Below are positions 19,399-29,792 of a DNA stretch of 64,000 nucleotides, piece after piece. The stretch is from assembly GCA_963706575.1 (NCBI GenBank), contig CAVPNL010000012.1, positions 96,001 to 160,000 on the forward strand, written 5' to 3'. The stretch comes from an uncultured delta proteobacterium (GTDB lineage Bacteria > Desulfobacterota > Desulfobacteria > Desulfobacterales > JAHEIW01). A model generated the notes under the pieces. It worked only from the letters and a program-made list of their open reading frames with translations. It made no database searches and was not told where the DNA came from. The position numbers and the translations under genes were made by a program. Position 1 is the first letter of the stretch. The number at the start of each line of letters is the position of its first letter.

Positions 19399-19479
19399 CT
19401 CACGCAAAGCCGCTAAGATCGCAAAGAATAATGATTAAAATAACTAAAAGTCCTTGGCGTCTTTGCGACTTTGCGTGAG
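19399..19479. repeat. 9-nt-unit palindrome (GCAAAG type)
   Basis: ctcacgcaaagccgctaagatcgcaaag ... cttggcgtctttgcgactttgcgtgag. Confidence 0.85.
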
Positions 19480-19514
19480 ACTTTCTCACCTCTTTCATTT
19501 TAGGCACTTTGCAA

Positions 19515-20213
19515 ATGGGTTATATTTTATTAGCGGGCGGCGCTGAATTTAGCGGTCGGATGGCAAAACCGGACCGCAGGGCCATTGAACTCGCCGGCGG
19601 GTTCGGTGCCAGCATCAGCATTATTCCGGCGGCGGCGGCACCGGATAACAATCATCAACGCGCCGCCCACAACGGGATTCGCTGGTTTAAAAAACTAGGT
19701 GCCGTCAATGTCGCTGCCCTGCCGCTCATCGATCGCAAATCCGCAGATGACCTTGCCGTGGTCGAAGCTCTGCAGCAGTCCAACATGATCTATCTGCTGG
19801 GTGGATTTCCGCGACATCTGGCGCAATCCCTGGTCGGCAGCGATAGCTGGCAGGCCATCCTGGCCGCCCATCAAGCCGGCGCGGTCATCGCCGGCAGCAG
19901 CGCCGGCGCCATGATTCTCTGTGATCATTATTACGATCCCTACGAGAAAAATATTTTAGACGGACTGGGGCTGATACCCGCCGCCTGTATTTTGCCGCAT
20001 CACGACACCTTCGGCAAAAGCTGGGCTAAGGAGCTGAAGCAATGCCTGCCCGGTGTGATTTTAATCGGTATCGATGAGCAAACCGGCATGCTCAATGACG
20101 GCCCGACCCACCTGTGGCAGGTGTATGGTGGGGGTACCCGCGGGGTAACCCTTTATAAAAACGAACGCCAGATGCATGTTGCACCCGGCACGCACTTTAA
20201 CCTGAAATTTTAG
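19515..20213 (+). CDS. Peptidase S51/cyanophycinase-like (class I glutamine amidotransferase-like)
   Basis: LAGGAEF, YLLGG, GSSAGAM nucleophile elbow, ILPH, GIDEQT. Confidence 0.85.
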   Translation: MGYILLAGGAEFSGRMAKPDRRAIELAGGFGASISIIPAAAAPDNNHQRAAHNGIRWFKKLGAVNVAALPLIDRKSADDLAVVEALQQSNMIYLLGGFPRHLAQSLVGSDSWQAILAAHQAGAVIAGSSAGAMILCDHYYDPYEKNILDGLGLIPAACILPHHDTFGKSWAKELKQCLPGVILIGIDEQTGMLNDGPTHLWQVYGGGTRGVTLYKNERQMHVAPGTHFNLKF

Positions 20214-20462
20214 GCGATCCTGAAGAGCGGTGCAGATCTTGGGCAACGATCCGCGTAACCCCGCTCCGACCAATTTAATCGATTTGAGCCGGATTCCCGC
20301 CGTAAACACCTCTCACTTGAAAGCAATGGCGATCTTTGATATCGGTTACCATCACAATTTTTCCATTTTCCGGTCTATTCTTTAAATTTTTGATATTTCC
20401 GGATACTGAATCAGGGCCCAATGGATTTTTGTCGTTTGACTCAAAATTAAGGAGGAATGCCG

Positions 20463-20786
20463 ATGCGGATCGAACTCAGCAAAACCTTGGTGGAATTCAC
20501 GCCCGAGGCCGATTACGAAAAGACCATGTTAGAAGGGTTATGGCGCATGCTGGTAGACTGTGCGCGCTTCAATCAGAAGCTGGTACCCGTGGGTGAATAT
20601 GTCCCCGCAAAAAACAACACGGCCAGCTTTGCCGTCGAAGGCGACAAAGACGAAGAGGAATATCCAGCGGTCTATGTGGACAAGGACTGCACTTGCTATT
20701 GCCAGACCTGCAACAAGTTCGTCAACCTCAAGGCTGGCGACCGCATCCCACCGTGCTGCGGTAAATTGATGGAACTGCTGGACTGA
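20463..20786 (+). CDS. Hypothetical protein with C-terminal Zn-ribbon-like Cys motif
   Basis: CYCQTCNK...PPCCGKLM; RBS AGGAGG. Confidence 0.75.
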   Translation: MRIELSKTLVEFTPEADYEKTMLEGLWRMLVDCARFNQKLVPVGEYVPAKNNTASFAVEGDKDEEEYPAVYVDKDCTCYCQTCNKFVNLKAGDRIPPCCGKLMELLD

Positions 20787-20848
20787 CGGGATACCTGCAG
20801 GATACGCTTTTACTTGAGATGGTATCGGTTGGAAAAACTGGCATTACT

Positions 20849-21559
20849 TTATTGAAGTTTACCGGTTCCCATCCCCACCGCCAGGCGGGTAATGGCAATT
20901 TTTCCTTCATCAAAACAGACGGCAACGTCTTTGCCCGAGTCCCGGGGGCGTTCGTGAATCGTTCCCTGATAGATGAGTTCGTCCCCATTTTGATGATACA
21001 CATAGCTGTGCGGAAGGGTATCCAGTTCGCAAAATTCATAGGCAAGTTCGGAATCTTTGCGGATCGGGTGGGGCAGATTGACATTCCAAAAATATCCCGG
21101 CGCCAGATCCCGACTCAGCAGCATGTGTAAAAGCGGGCCGGCATGATCACCGCTGACCGACCAGTCCACCTTCTGGTCTTTGGCGATATACTGAGAAACG
21201 GCAATTGCCCGATATCCTAAAATCGCTGCCTCCCGTGCTGCTGCTACCGTACCGGAATTATAGACATCGGAACCCAGGTTGGCTCCCGCGTTGATTCCCG
21301 AAATCAACCAGTCGGCATCCGGCGCAATGACTTTCAAAGCAATGCGTGTGCAATCGGCAGGCGTGCCATCGATGCTGTACCGATTCGTCCCGAGCTGGTT
21401 TATGCGGATGGGGTCACGGGTGGTTACGCGATGCGCAATGCCGGATTGCGCGTGTTGCGGCGCAACGACGGCAAAATCACCCAGACGCCGCACACACCGA
21501 GCCAGTGCTTCAAGACCGGGGGCATCAATACCATCGTCATTGGTTATCACAATTTTCAA
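20849..21559 (-). CDS. surE: 5'/3'-nucleotidase SurE
   Basis: ITNDDGIDAPG, GTPADC, SGINAGANLG, SGTVAAA. Confidence 0.95.
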   Translation of the reverse strand: MKIVITNDDGIDAPGLEALARCVRRLGDFAVVAPQHAQSGIAHRVTTRDPIRINQLGTNRYSIDGTPADCTRIALKVIAPDADWLISGINAGANLGSDVYNSGTVAAAREAAILGYRAIAVSQYIAKDQKVDWSVSGDHAGPLLHMLLSRDLAPGYFWNVNLPHPIRKDSELAYEFCELDTLPHSYVYHQNGDELIYQGTIHERPRDSGKDVAVCFDEGKIAITRLAVGMGTGKLQ

Positions 21560-21874
21560 AATGTCTTTTCAGGTCTCCTTGTCGGTTGACAAACATTCCG
21601 GCCGATTTGAAAACGAAGGCTCAGTCTTACCCACAAGCGTACACGGATGTGATCCGGTCAATATGGTTGTGTTCAAAAAAAGCAATGCAGCCGATTCACC
21701 ATGTGCATGTTGCCGATTACCAAAAAATCCGTTTTTCAATATGATATCATTGAGTTAAAATACCAGGATTGACTTTTGAGCAAATTAAATGATAATCTAT
21801 TGAAAAAGAGAAAATAGTGTTGTTTTGCCGTAAAGATCTCCCGATATTCAATATAATCCCGGAGTTGACCGCAT

Positions 21875-22213
21875 ATGGCCAGAATAACAGATCTGGATGT
21901 ACAGGAAATCCGTCAGTTTTTTGAAGACGGCTTGAACCAGGCGCAGGGCGCAGACAAGCGCCTGAAGATGCGAATGCGCCGAAAAATACGCGACGAGGTT
22001 TTCAACCTTTTAACCTGGGAAAAACCAACCCCCACCGCGATTATGAACCGCTGGGAAGAACGCCTTAGCGACGCGTTCAATGTGATGCCTTACGGTTTCA
22101 AAGAAGAACTATTCAAGATGCTGGTAGACAAGATGCAGCATCCGTTAAAGATGCGCAAATCCGACCAACAAGATAGTTTAAAAACCAACCGTCCTTTCAA
22201 TCCTTTCAAATAG
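21875..22213 (+). CDS. Hypothetical protein
   Basis: 112-aa ORF with RBS GGAG; overlaps the convergent dipeptidase by 8 nt. Confidence 0.65.
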   Translation: MARITDLDVQEIRQFFEDGLNQAQGADKRLKMRMRRKIRDEVFNLLTWEKPTPTAIMNRWEERLSDAFNVMPYGFKEELFKMLVDKMQHPLKMRKSDQQDSLKTNRPFNPFK

Positions 22214-23591
22214 AACCCATCTTAAATTTGCTCAACTGTTCCAGCAGCATGCCATAGGCCAGTTGGGCGCGCGAAAAACTTTTCAGCCGGAAAAACTCAT
22301 CCGGCCCATGGATATTTTCATCTTTCAAGCCAAAAGCAAAATTAACCGTATAGGCACCCAGCTCTTTTAAAAAGATACCGCAGACCGGAATACTGCCCCC
22401 CATGCGCGCATAATACGGCGCCTTACCGAAAAGTTCTTTGTGAACCTCCACTGCCGCCTGATTGCCCGGATGATCAAAAGGTATCAGGAATGGATCCGCC
22501 GTGCTGGGGTTGGGGGCAACCTCCACTTTCACGCCTGGCGGTGTATGTTTTTCGATATGCGTGCTGAGCAGTTTCAGGATCTGGGCGGGATTCTGGTCGG
22601 GCACCAGCCGGCAGCTGATTTTGGCGTGGGCGCTGCTCGGCAAAACGGTTTTAACACCTTCACCCTGAAACCCGCCCCAGATGCCGTTTACTTCCAGAGT
22701 GGGCCTGATCCAGGCCCGCTCATAGGTCGAATAGCCGGGCTCACCGAAAAGTTCCTCGACCCCCAGCTCGGCCTTGTAATCGGATTCGTCAAAGGGAATT
22801 TCGGCGATCTGATCCTGGTCGCTTTCGCTGAGCGGCCGCACGGCATCATAGAAACCATCCACCGCGATCCGGCCCTGCGGCGTGTGCATCGTATCAATGA
22901 GGCGCACCAGGGCATGAATCGGATTCATGATGGTTCCGCCGAAAGTTCCGGAATGGGTATCGCTTCTGGCAGACTGGACATCAAGCTGAAGGTTGCAAAG
23001 GCCCCTGAGTCCCATCATCAGCGCCGGCTGGTCTTCATCCCATTGGCCGCCGTCTGCGCTGAAAATGAAATCACAGGCCAGCAGCTGCCGATTGGCGGAA
23101 ATAAATTCGGGCAGCTGAGGGCTGCCGATCTCCTCCTGTCCTTCGAAAAAGCATTTTAGATTGACGGGCAGCCGGCCTTCGCTGCTCAGCATCGCCTCAA
23201 CGGTTAAAATCGGTGCCAGCATGTTGCCCTTATCGTCGGAGGACCCCCGGGCATAGACGCAATCGCCTTTTACCGTCGGTTCAAACGGCGGCTGGGTCCA
23301 GAGCTCAAGCGGATCGACCGGCTGGGTATCAAAATGCCCATAAATCAAAACAGTCGGCTTGTCGGGTGCATGCATCCAGTCCCCATAAACGACCGGATGC
23401 CCTCCGGTCGGCAGTACCTGAATATTTTCAATGCCGGCCGCCTGCAGTCGGGCGGCGACCCATTCAGCGGCTTTGGCAACATCTGCTTTGTGCTCTTTGA
23501 GGCTGGAAACACTGGGAATGCTCAAAAATTCGATCAGCTCCTTAAGGTATCGATCCTGGTTCGCTGCCAGATAATGCTTCCACGCAGTCAT
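22206..23591 (-). CDS. M20 family dipeptidase (ArgE/DapE-like)
   Basis: YGHFDTQP, ARGSSDDKG, EGQEEIGS, GGSIP, HGPDE. Confidence 0.92.
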   Translation of the reverse strand: MTAWKHYLAANQDRYLKELIEFLSIPSVSSLKEHKADVAKAAEWVAARLQAAGIENIQVLPTGGHPVVYGDWMHAPDKPTVLIYGHFDTQPVDPLELWTQPPFEPTVKGDCVYARGSSDDKGNMLAPILTVEAMLSSEGRLPVNLKCFFEGQEEIGSPQLPEFISANRQLLACDFIFSADGGQWDEDQPALMMGLRGLCNLQLDVQSARSDTHSGTFGGTIMNPIHALVRLIDTMHTPQGRIAVDGFYDAVRPLSESDQDQIAEIPFDESDYKAELGVEELFGEPGYSTYERAWIRPTLEVNGIWGGFQGEGVKTVLPSSAHAKISCRLVPDQNPAQILKLLSTHIEKHTPPGVKVEVAPNPSTADPFLIPFDHPGNQAAVEVHKELFGKAPYYARMGGSIPVCGIFLKELGAYTVNFAFGLKDENIHGPDEFFRLKSFSRAQLAYGMLLEQLSKFKMGSI

Positions 23592-23649
23592 GAATAAAAT
23601 CTCCTTCCTTCGATCATATCATTGTTATACGGGGGTTTTGAAACCAACT

Positions 23650-24123
23650 CTATTCCTTGCCAAGATAAAAGCCCTCATATTCCCCGGTGGTCAGGGGGGG
23701 CCCTTCGGCTAAAACGCCGGCATCGATCACTTCTCCGATAAAAAGGGTATGATTGCCGGGCTGGTAACGCATTTTAAGCTCGCATTCCAGATATGCCATG
23801 CAGTCGCTCAGTATGGGACAACCGGTTTTCCCTGCTGTCCAATTTAAAGTTGAAAATTTGGCTTGCGGGTCCTTTCCTTTGAAGCGGGACAGAAAATTCT
23901 GCTGGGATTTGGCCAGCACGTGCAGCGCGAAGCGGCCGCCTTTTTCAATGAGTTGATGCGAATAACGGTGGGTGTGAACAGCCACCATGATCTGAGGGGG
24001 TAAATAAGATACCTGTGAAACCCAGGACGCAATCATGCCGTTGATTTCCTGCTGATGACAGGATGTCAGAACATAGATGCCGTAAGTCATTTTGCCAAAA
24101 GCGTTTATCCATTCAGCTTGCAT
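23650..24123 (-). CDS. Flavin reductase family protein
   Basis: TYGIYVLTS, NGMIASWVSQVS, GNHTLFIGEV. Confidence 0.9.
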   Translation of the reverse strand: MQAEWINAFGKMTYGIYVLTSCHQQEINGMIASWVSQVSYLPPQIMVAVHTHRYSHQLIEKGGRFALHVLAKSQQNFLSRFKGKDPQAKFSTLNWTAGKTGCPILSDCMAYLECELKMRYQPGNHTLFIGEVIDAGVLAEGPPLTTGEYEGFYLGKE

Positions 24124-24276
24124 CGCCAGAAGGTCCTTTCTGATGGTTTAAGGCCATGTTTATGTATACGTTTTAGCGGTTTGAAAATCAACCTTCTGCT
24201 GCGGACACGGTTAACCATCATGCAGTAGTTGACTTTCCTTCTGATTTTCCTTAACGTTATTTGGCTTTTTATTTTT

Positions 24277-24378
24277 CACCACAGAGTTCAAAGAGATCAC
24301 AGAGAAAAAATAAAAGATTAATATAATATAAAGATATCCACCATAAAAAATCTCTGTGAGCTCTGCGTTCTCTGTGGT
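24277..24378. repeat. 9-nt-unit palindrome (ACAGAG type)
   Basis: caccacagagttcaaagagatcacagag ... ctctgtgagctctgcgttctctgtggt around a 47-nt AT-rich loop. Confidence 0.85.
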
Positions 24379-24448
24379 AAAATAAATTCTACATCTGGGC
24401 TGCTGAATATGTTGCCGATAATGAGATGCCACTGACGAGGTTATCATT

Positions 24449-25435
24449 ATGCCAACAAACCTGCCTCCCGAATATTTCGACTCCGAAAAGCGTTACCGCA
24501 CAGCCAGTACCTCCGCGGAAAAGCTCGCCTGTATTGAAGAAATGCTTGCCATCATTCCCAAACACAAAGGAACCGACAAGCTGAGAGCCGATTTGCGCAA
24601 GCGGGTTTCTAAATTGAAATCAGCCGCGCAGGCCAAAAAAAGCCTTGCCAGACATGAATCGGCCTATCACATCAATAAAGAGGGCGCCGGTCAGGTGGTG
24701 ATCGTCGGTGCAACCAACGTCGGCAAGTCCGCTCTGGTCTCCAGGCTGACCCACGCCGCACCGGAAGTGGCCGATTTTCCCCATACCACCTGGAAACCGA
24801 CTCCGGGAATGATTCCGATGGAAAATATTCAGATCCAGCTGATTGATACGCCGCCGCTGAGCAAAGAATATGTAGACCCGGAAATGATGGATCTGATCCG
24901 ACGTTGTGATCTTGTACTTTTGATGGTAGATCTACAGACCGACCCGCTGCAGCAGCTCGAAGATGCGGTTGCCTTACTCGGGAAACATGGCATCGTTCCG
25001 CTGCGCTTAAGGGATCGATACAAGGACCAGCGCGGCATCAGCCTGGTCCCGTTTTTGATCATGGTGAATAAAAACGACAGCCCTGCAACCGATGAAAATT
25101 TGGATATCTTTCGTGAGCTGCTGAGCGATAACTGGCCGATGATAGCGGCTTCGGTCACTACCGGCCGCCATCTGGATCTTCTCAAAGCGACCATCGTGGA
25201 ACGGTTGAATATCATCCGGGTATATTCGAAATCACACGGGAAAAAGCCCGACCGCTCCTCGCCATTTGTGCTAAAGAAAGGCAGCACCATCGCTGATTTT
25301 GCCGGCAAAGTTCACCAGGATTTCGCTCAAAAATTAAAAGCCGCAAAAGTATGGGGCTCTGCCGTATTCGACGGCCAGATGGTTCAGCGGGATTATGTCT
25401 TGCAGGAGGGCGATGTTATCGAATTGCAGATTTAA
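24449..25435 (+). CDS. OBG-superfamily DRG-like GTPase with TGS domain
   Basis: IPKHKGTDKL N-terminus, GATNVGKS, DFPHTT, DTPP, NKND, C-terminal TGS (VHQDF...KVWG...GQMV). Confidence 0.88.
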   Translation: MPTNLPPEYFDSEKRYRTASTSAEKLACIEEMLAIIPKHKGTDKLRADLRKRVSKLKSAAQAKKSLARHESAYHINKEGAGQVVIVGATNVGKSALVSRLTHAAPEVADFPHTTWKPTPGMIPMENIQIQLIDTPPLSKEYVDPEMMDLIRRCDLVLLMVDLQTDPLQQLEDAVALLGKHGIVPLRLRDRYKDQRGISLVPFLIMVNKNDSPATDENLDIFRELLSDNWPMIAASVTTGRHLDLLKATIVERLNIIRVYSKSHGKKPDRSSPFVLKKGSTIADFAGKVHQDFAQKLKAAKVWGSAVFDGQMVQRDYVLQEGDVIELQI

Positions 25436-25493
25436 ATAAAAACACGAGCCGGAAAATTTTTCCACTCATACAATCAACGAAAAGGAGCCAGAC

Positions 25494-25784
25494 ATGACGG
25501 TGAAAATTATCATCAAACGGAAGGTACCCAAAGACAAGGAAAAAGAATTGCTGCCGCTCATCAAACAAATAAGGATCGCTACAACCCAGCAGGCGGGCTA
25601 CATTTCAGGTGAAACATTGCAGCGCATCGACAAACCCGGTGAAACGGTAGTGGTCAGCACCTGGGAAAGTGCTGAAGATTGGAATCGATGGATCACCAGC
25701 CCGGAGCGTTCTGTCCTGCAGATCAAAATTGATAACCTGCTGGGCCAGGAAACGGAATATGAAATATACAGCCATTCCAATTAA
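25494..25784 (+). CDS. ABM family monooxygenase-like protein
   Basis: QAGYISGETL...VVSTWESAEDW; RBS AAGGAG. Confidence 0.85.
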   Translation: MTVKIIIKRKVPKDKEKELLPLIKQIRIATTQQAGYISGETLQRIDKPGETVVVSTWESAEDWNRWITSPERSVLQIKIDNLLGQETEYEIYSHSN

Positions 25785-26112
25785 TCGACGGGTCAGGGAG
25801 TTTTTTCGGTTGTATTGATAGCGGAAAAATCGCCCGCTCGCCATAAGGGTTTGAATAGAACCCGCTCCATCAATTCATACCAGCTGTGAACAAAAGTATA
25901 CAATTATTATATGTTTTTCTACACATGTAGTTAAATCCCCCTCACGGCTAAACATAGAATAAATAATTGATTTTATTTAAATTAATAAATAATGTAGCAA
26001 CTTTGCATGGTTTTTGCAGCGGTTATCCATGGGCTCGACCGCATTTTTCGACGCAAAATGCAAAATTAAATATGGGCCCGTATGCTTATATCGCTCACAA
26101 AGGGGAGATCCT

Positions 26113-26181
26113 ATGGATAAATATGATGTTATCGGTCTGGCGATTGCCATACTTGCGGTTTCTGTGGTTTTGATGCATTAG
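26113..26181 (+). CDS. Putative 22-aa single-TM small protein
   Basis: MDKYDVIGLAIAILAVSVVLMH*, preceded by AAGGGGAG. Confidence 0.45.
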   Translation: MDKYDVIGLAIAILAVSVVLMH

Positions 26182-26332
26182 TTTGAAGCTCGTCAGGCAT
26201 CTTCCCCCAAGAACGCCTACCGCCATTTCCGCTTTCCCGGGAAAAACCTGCTCAAAAAATCCATTATATCAATTTCTTGTTGCCCATTATTCCCAAATGG
26301 TTAATTAATGGTTAGGTTTAAAACGTAAGTCT

Positions 26333-26731
26333 ATGGCTCCAACTCTGACAGATCAGGAAATGGGTATAATGGAAGAAAAGACGAATTTTCGATCGACCGC
26401 TTTTGACGGCGCCTGTCGGACCATCCTAACCACATACCCGGAAGCCATCGGGGTGGCCTTTAAATTTTTAGATTGCGGATGTTCGTTGCTTTGCGGTGTT
26501 TCAGCCCAGGGCAATCCCATCGGAGAAATGATCCATGTTTCCGGTCAGCCGGCACGCAAGGGCAAAAAACCGCCAATTTGCTTTACCTGCAAAAAAGACG
26601 ACAGCATGGAGCGGGTTGTTTGGGAGGCGATTCACTGGCCCGGAGATGAAAATGAACTGCCGGACAAAGAATTGCGGCTTTCTATCGGAAAAAATGTTTT
26701 CGGCCCGGGTTACGTCGAACCTGACGCTTAG
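26333..26731 (+). CDS. Hypothetical Cys-rich protein
   Basis: LDCGCSLLC and PICFTCKKD motifs. Confidence 0.7.
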   Translation: MAPTLTDQEMGIMEEKTNFRSTAFDGACRTILTTYPEAIGVAFKFLDCGCSLLCGVSAQGNPIGEMIHVSGQPARKGKKPPICFTCKKDDSMERVVWEAIHWPGDENELPDKELRLSIGKNVFGPGYVEPDA

Positions 26732-26784
26732 AAGTGGTTTTTCTCAAACCGTGAATTCGCGTAAAAATTACTTTTGGCGCCTGC

Positions 26785-27141
26785 TCAAGTCAGTATGGTT
26801 TTGGCAATCGGCTCCAACCAGGCCTCCTGGCCGAAAGCCTCCTTCAATTTCTTTGATAAGGTCTCCAGTTCCGACGGACTGCGGGTCTCTACGACCAGAT
26901 CATAATCATCCAGCACTTTGAGTTTCCCGTGCTGCAGAATGATGTCGATGGCCTTATTGACATCGACCGTAAACCAGCCCTTCATGCGACGCAACATCTC
27001 CTCACCGCGAAACGGCCGCTCGATCAACAGATCGACTTGCCGCTGTTTTGCTTCCCAGCCGAGAACAGCGGGCTGTTTCAATACCGGCCGCACCGGATCT
27101 AGAACCGCCGCGCACTTAAACCACAACATCGCTCTTTCCAT
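26785..27141 (-). CDS. Hypothetical protein
   Basis: Start MERAMLWFKC after RBS AAGGAG. Confidence 0.7.
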   Translation of the reverse strand: MERAMLWFKCAAVLDPVRPVLKQPAVLGWEAKQRQVDLLIERPFRGEEMLRRMKGWFTVDVNKAIDIILQHGKLKVLDDYDLVVETRSPSELETLSKKLKEAFGQEAWLEPIAKTILT

Positions 27142-27218
27142 GATTTCTCCTTGTTGACATATGCCGAAAATTAAGGAAAATATAATCATCCCCGGCACCT
27201 GTCAAGACTCACGGTGTT

Positions 27219-27317
27219 GTTATTGGTTAATGGTTATTTGTTATTAGAGTCGATCAGCGTTTGTGTTCAGCATGGGCTTGTTTCAGATTCCTTGACAAAT
27301 AACCCATAACGAATAAC
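27219..27317. repeat. 7-nt-unit palindrome
   Basis: gttattggttaatggttatttgt ... acaaataacccataacgaataac (20/23 complementary). Confidence 0.7.
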
Positions 27318-27336
27318 TTTTTTTGGGGGTAAGGAT

Positions 27337-27990
27337 ATGAATGTGTTTTCCGCCATGAAAGGCCGTCAAAGTACCCGGGCATACCTTTCGAAGGCTGTCG
27401 CGCGCGCCGATATCGAAGACCTTTTAAAATATGCCGGCATGGCGCCCTCAGCCATCAACTTACAGCCCTGGGAATATGTGATTGTTTACGGAGAAGAAAA
27501 AGATCGCCTGGTGCTGCGGTTAAAACGCGCGTATGCCGAGCGCAATATCTCATGCGGCCCAGGAACCGAAAATCCGCTGCCGGATATATTTAAAGCCCGC
27601 AGCCGCCGCGCCTCACAGGCCATGGCGCCTAAAGTGGCTGAGATGGGTCTGGAATTTAACCGGTTTGTCGAGGAGGGCAGCTGTTCTTTTTACGGAGCGC
27701 CAATAGCGATCATCGTTATCCTGGATCGTCTGTTTCCAAAAATTCGCTATCTGGACGTGGGCCTGAGCGTATCCTACTTGCTGCTGGCCGCACAGGCCAA
27801 AGGCCTGGCGACCTGTCCGATCGGCCTGGTGACCGCCTATGGAGATCAAGTCGCAGACGCCCTTGATATCCCCCCTAATAAAGAAATCGTTCTGGGCATC
27901 GCGCTGGGATATGCCGACCCCCAATCGCCCATCAACTGCTTTAAAACCGAGCGCGAAAACCTGGCTGCTTTCCGTTTCTGGTATGAATGA
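27337..27990 (+). CDS. Nitroreductase family protein
   Basis: RQSTRAY, APSAINLQPW, GLATCPIG, IALGYAD. Confidence 0.92.
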   Translation: MNVFSAMKGRQSTRAYLSKAVARADIEDLLKYAGMAPSAINLQPWEYVIVYGEEKDRLVLRLKRAYAERNISCGPGTENPLPDIFKARSRRASQAMAPKVAEMGLEFNRFVEEGSCSFYGAPIAIIVILDRLFPKIRYLDVGLSVSYLLLAAQAKGLATCPIGLVTAYGDQVADALDIPPNKEIVLGIALGYADPQSPINCFKTERENLAAFRFWYE

Positions 27991-28000
27991 CTTGTCTTGG

Positions 28001-28156
28001 TTTCAGGCTTCAGGTTCTGGGTTCAGCGTTCAAAGGTTCAGGTGTTCAGGGGTTCAATGTTTTTGGCCGCTGGCTTCTCGCTTCTGCCAGCTGGCCAGCA
28101 GCTGGCGACCTCTCAACCTTTGAACGCTGAACCTTTGAACCCGATGACTGACACCT
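28001..28156. repeat. 8-nt-unit nested palindrome
   Basis: Perfect 19-bp IR ggttcagcgttcaaaggtt (28020-28038)/aacctttgaacgctgaacc (28115-28133), with extra GTTCA units. Confidence 0.8.
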
Positions 28157-28179
28157 AATCTAAACTTTAGGAGGAGCGC

Positions 28180-28764
28180 ATGAAAAAATTAATGCTACCC
28201 ATCATTTTGTTGATGATGATATATGCGTGCACCACTTTCGACACCATAGACCACAATGCCTCTGTCAGCGATTCCGATCAGGCAATTAAACGGGTTGCCG
28301 TGGTTGACTTTGATTTTGCCAGACCCGAAAGAGGTAGAACCGATCGGGGAAGAATTGTCAGACCCATGAATGCCGGATCGCTTATGGCAGATATTTTCAC
28401 AGAGCATTTGCTGGAATCCGGTCTATATGAGGTTGTCGAAAGAAAGAAGATCGTCCGGTTGTTGAGAGATTTTGAGATTGATACCGGCGACCTTTTTGCC
28501 GCCGATCATATGAAAAAATTACAAGACGTCCTGAATGTGGACGGATTAATCGTCGGGGTGGTCATGGAATATGGTGATTGGCGCGGAACAATCAATTGGG
28601 GTGGCGTGGTCGGATTTAGCGCCAGGCTGGTTGAAGTCGACTCCGGATCGCTGATATGGGCAACCAGCGCCAACCGGAATATGGCCATGACCAATTCCAG
28701 TGTGGTCGCTCATGCGGCATCGCAGGACGCCCTCAAAGATCTTTTAACCCAGCTTGGCAAATGA
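28180..28764 (+). CDS. Lipoprotein, CsgG/HfaB-like fold
   Basis: Lipobox IYAC; VAVVDF, YEVVER, SARLVEVDSG..IW. Confidence 0.75.
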   Translation: MKKLMLPIILLMMIYACTTFDTIDHNASVSDSDQAIKRVAVVDFDFARPERGRTDRGRIVRPMNAGSLMADIFTEHLLESGLYEVVERKKIVRLLRDFEIDTGDLFAADHMKKLQDVLNVDGLIVGVVMEYGDWRGTINWGGVVGFSARLVEVDSGSLIWATSANRNMAMTNSSVVAHAASQDALKDLLTQLGK

Positions 28765-28771
28765 GGTGAAA

Positions 28772-29659
28772 ATGAGAATTGCACTGATTGCCAATTCACG
28801 CTCTAAAGAAGTCAAAAATCAAAATATAAGCCCTGGTCTGGCAAACAAATTATCAGAGCGCAATATCCGATTTGAACTGTTCACCACCCAATACGACGGA
28901 CACGCCTTTGAAATGATGAGGCAGATCTCCATCGCTGAATATGACGCCATCGGCATCATGGGCGGAGATGGCACCAATTATCAGGTGCTCAACGGTCTAT
29001 TAAAATACCACGGGGACAGGCAATTGCCGCCACTGAGCATCCTACCGGTGGGTCGTGGAAACTCTTTTGCCAGGGATTTGCAAATTTTCAGTATTGAAGA
29101 CGGGCTTGCCGCCCTAAGCCGTCAGGCCACCCGAAAAGTTGATGTGTGCCGGTTTTCACAAAACGATGACGTCTATTACTTCGTTAATCTGATGGGATTC
29201 GGATTCGTTACCGATGTGGCCAAAACCGCCGCCCGATTTAGATGGGCCGCTGATTTCAGCTATGTGATCGGCGTATTTCATCGCTTGCTGGGGTTGAATT
29301 TTCATGAAATGGTACTGGAAATTGATGGGAAGGTCATCAGCGGTAAAAACTGCTTTGTGGAAATCTGTAATTCCAGATATACCGGCGGCAACATGCTGAT
29401 GGCACCCGAAGCGCAGATCGATGACGGGCTGTTCGACGCGGTCGTGCTCGCACCTCTGAGCCGCCTGAGTCTGATTTCAACATTTCCCAAAATATTTAAA
29501 GGAACTCATTCAGAAAATCCGGCAGTACAATTTATCCAGGCAAAATCGGTCAAAGTGCACACGCAACCACAAAAAATTTTACTGCCGGACGGTGAAATAT
29601 TTGGAACCACACCCACCGAAATCAATATTTTGCCGCATCTGGTCAGGTATTTTTCATAA
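28772..29659 (+). CDS. Diacylglycerol/lipid kinase family protein (YegS-like)
   Basis: MGGDGT, LPVGRGNSFA, NSRYTGG, DGE. Confidence 0.9.
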   Translation: MRIALIANSRSKEVKNQNISPGLANKLSERNIRFELFTTQYDGHAFEMMRQISIAEYDAIGIMGGDGTNYQVLNGLLKYHGDRQLPPLSILPVGRGNSFARDLQIFSIEDGLAALSRQATRKVDVCRFSQNDDVYYFVNLMGFGFVTDVAKTAARFRWAADFSYVIGVFHRLLGLNFHEMVLEIDGKVISGKNCFVEICNSRYTGGNMLMAPEAQIDDGLFDAVVLAPLSRLSLISTFPKIFKGTHSENPAVQFIQAKSVKVHTQPQKILLPDGEIFGTTPTEINILPHLVRYFS

Positions 29660-29792
29660 GGCCGTCCTTGCGTCCTGCCTCGACTGGACAAGGCGGGCCT
29701 TGACCTTACCGTTCCCATTCATTATTTTGTAACATAGCCCCATTCGGATTCACCCCAGATTCGGATAATTTCAGAGCGGATAGGAAAACGAT

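Noticed and set aside
22440..23159. Long antisense/overlapping ORFs (e.g. 22440-23159, 1620-2249, 15739-16290)
   Set aside because: These are shadow frames of well-supported genes.
12624..27990. Selenocysteine read-through in redox genes ending in or containing TGA
   Set aside because: The CxxC motifs use Cys codons, and TGA stops fall at expected C-termini with no continued homology.
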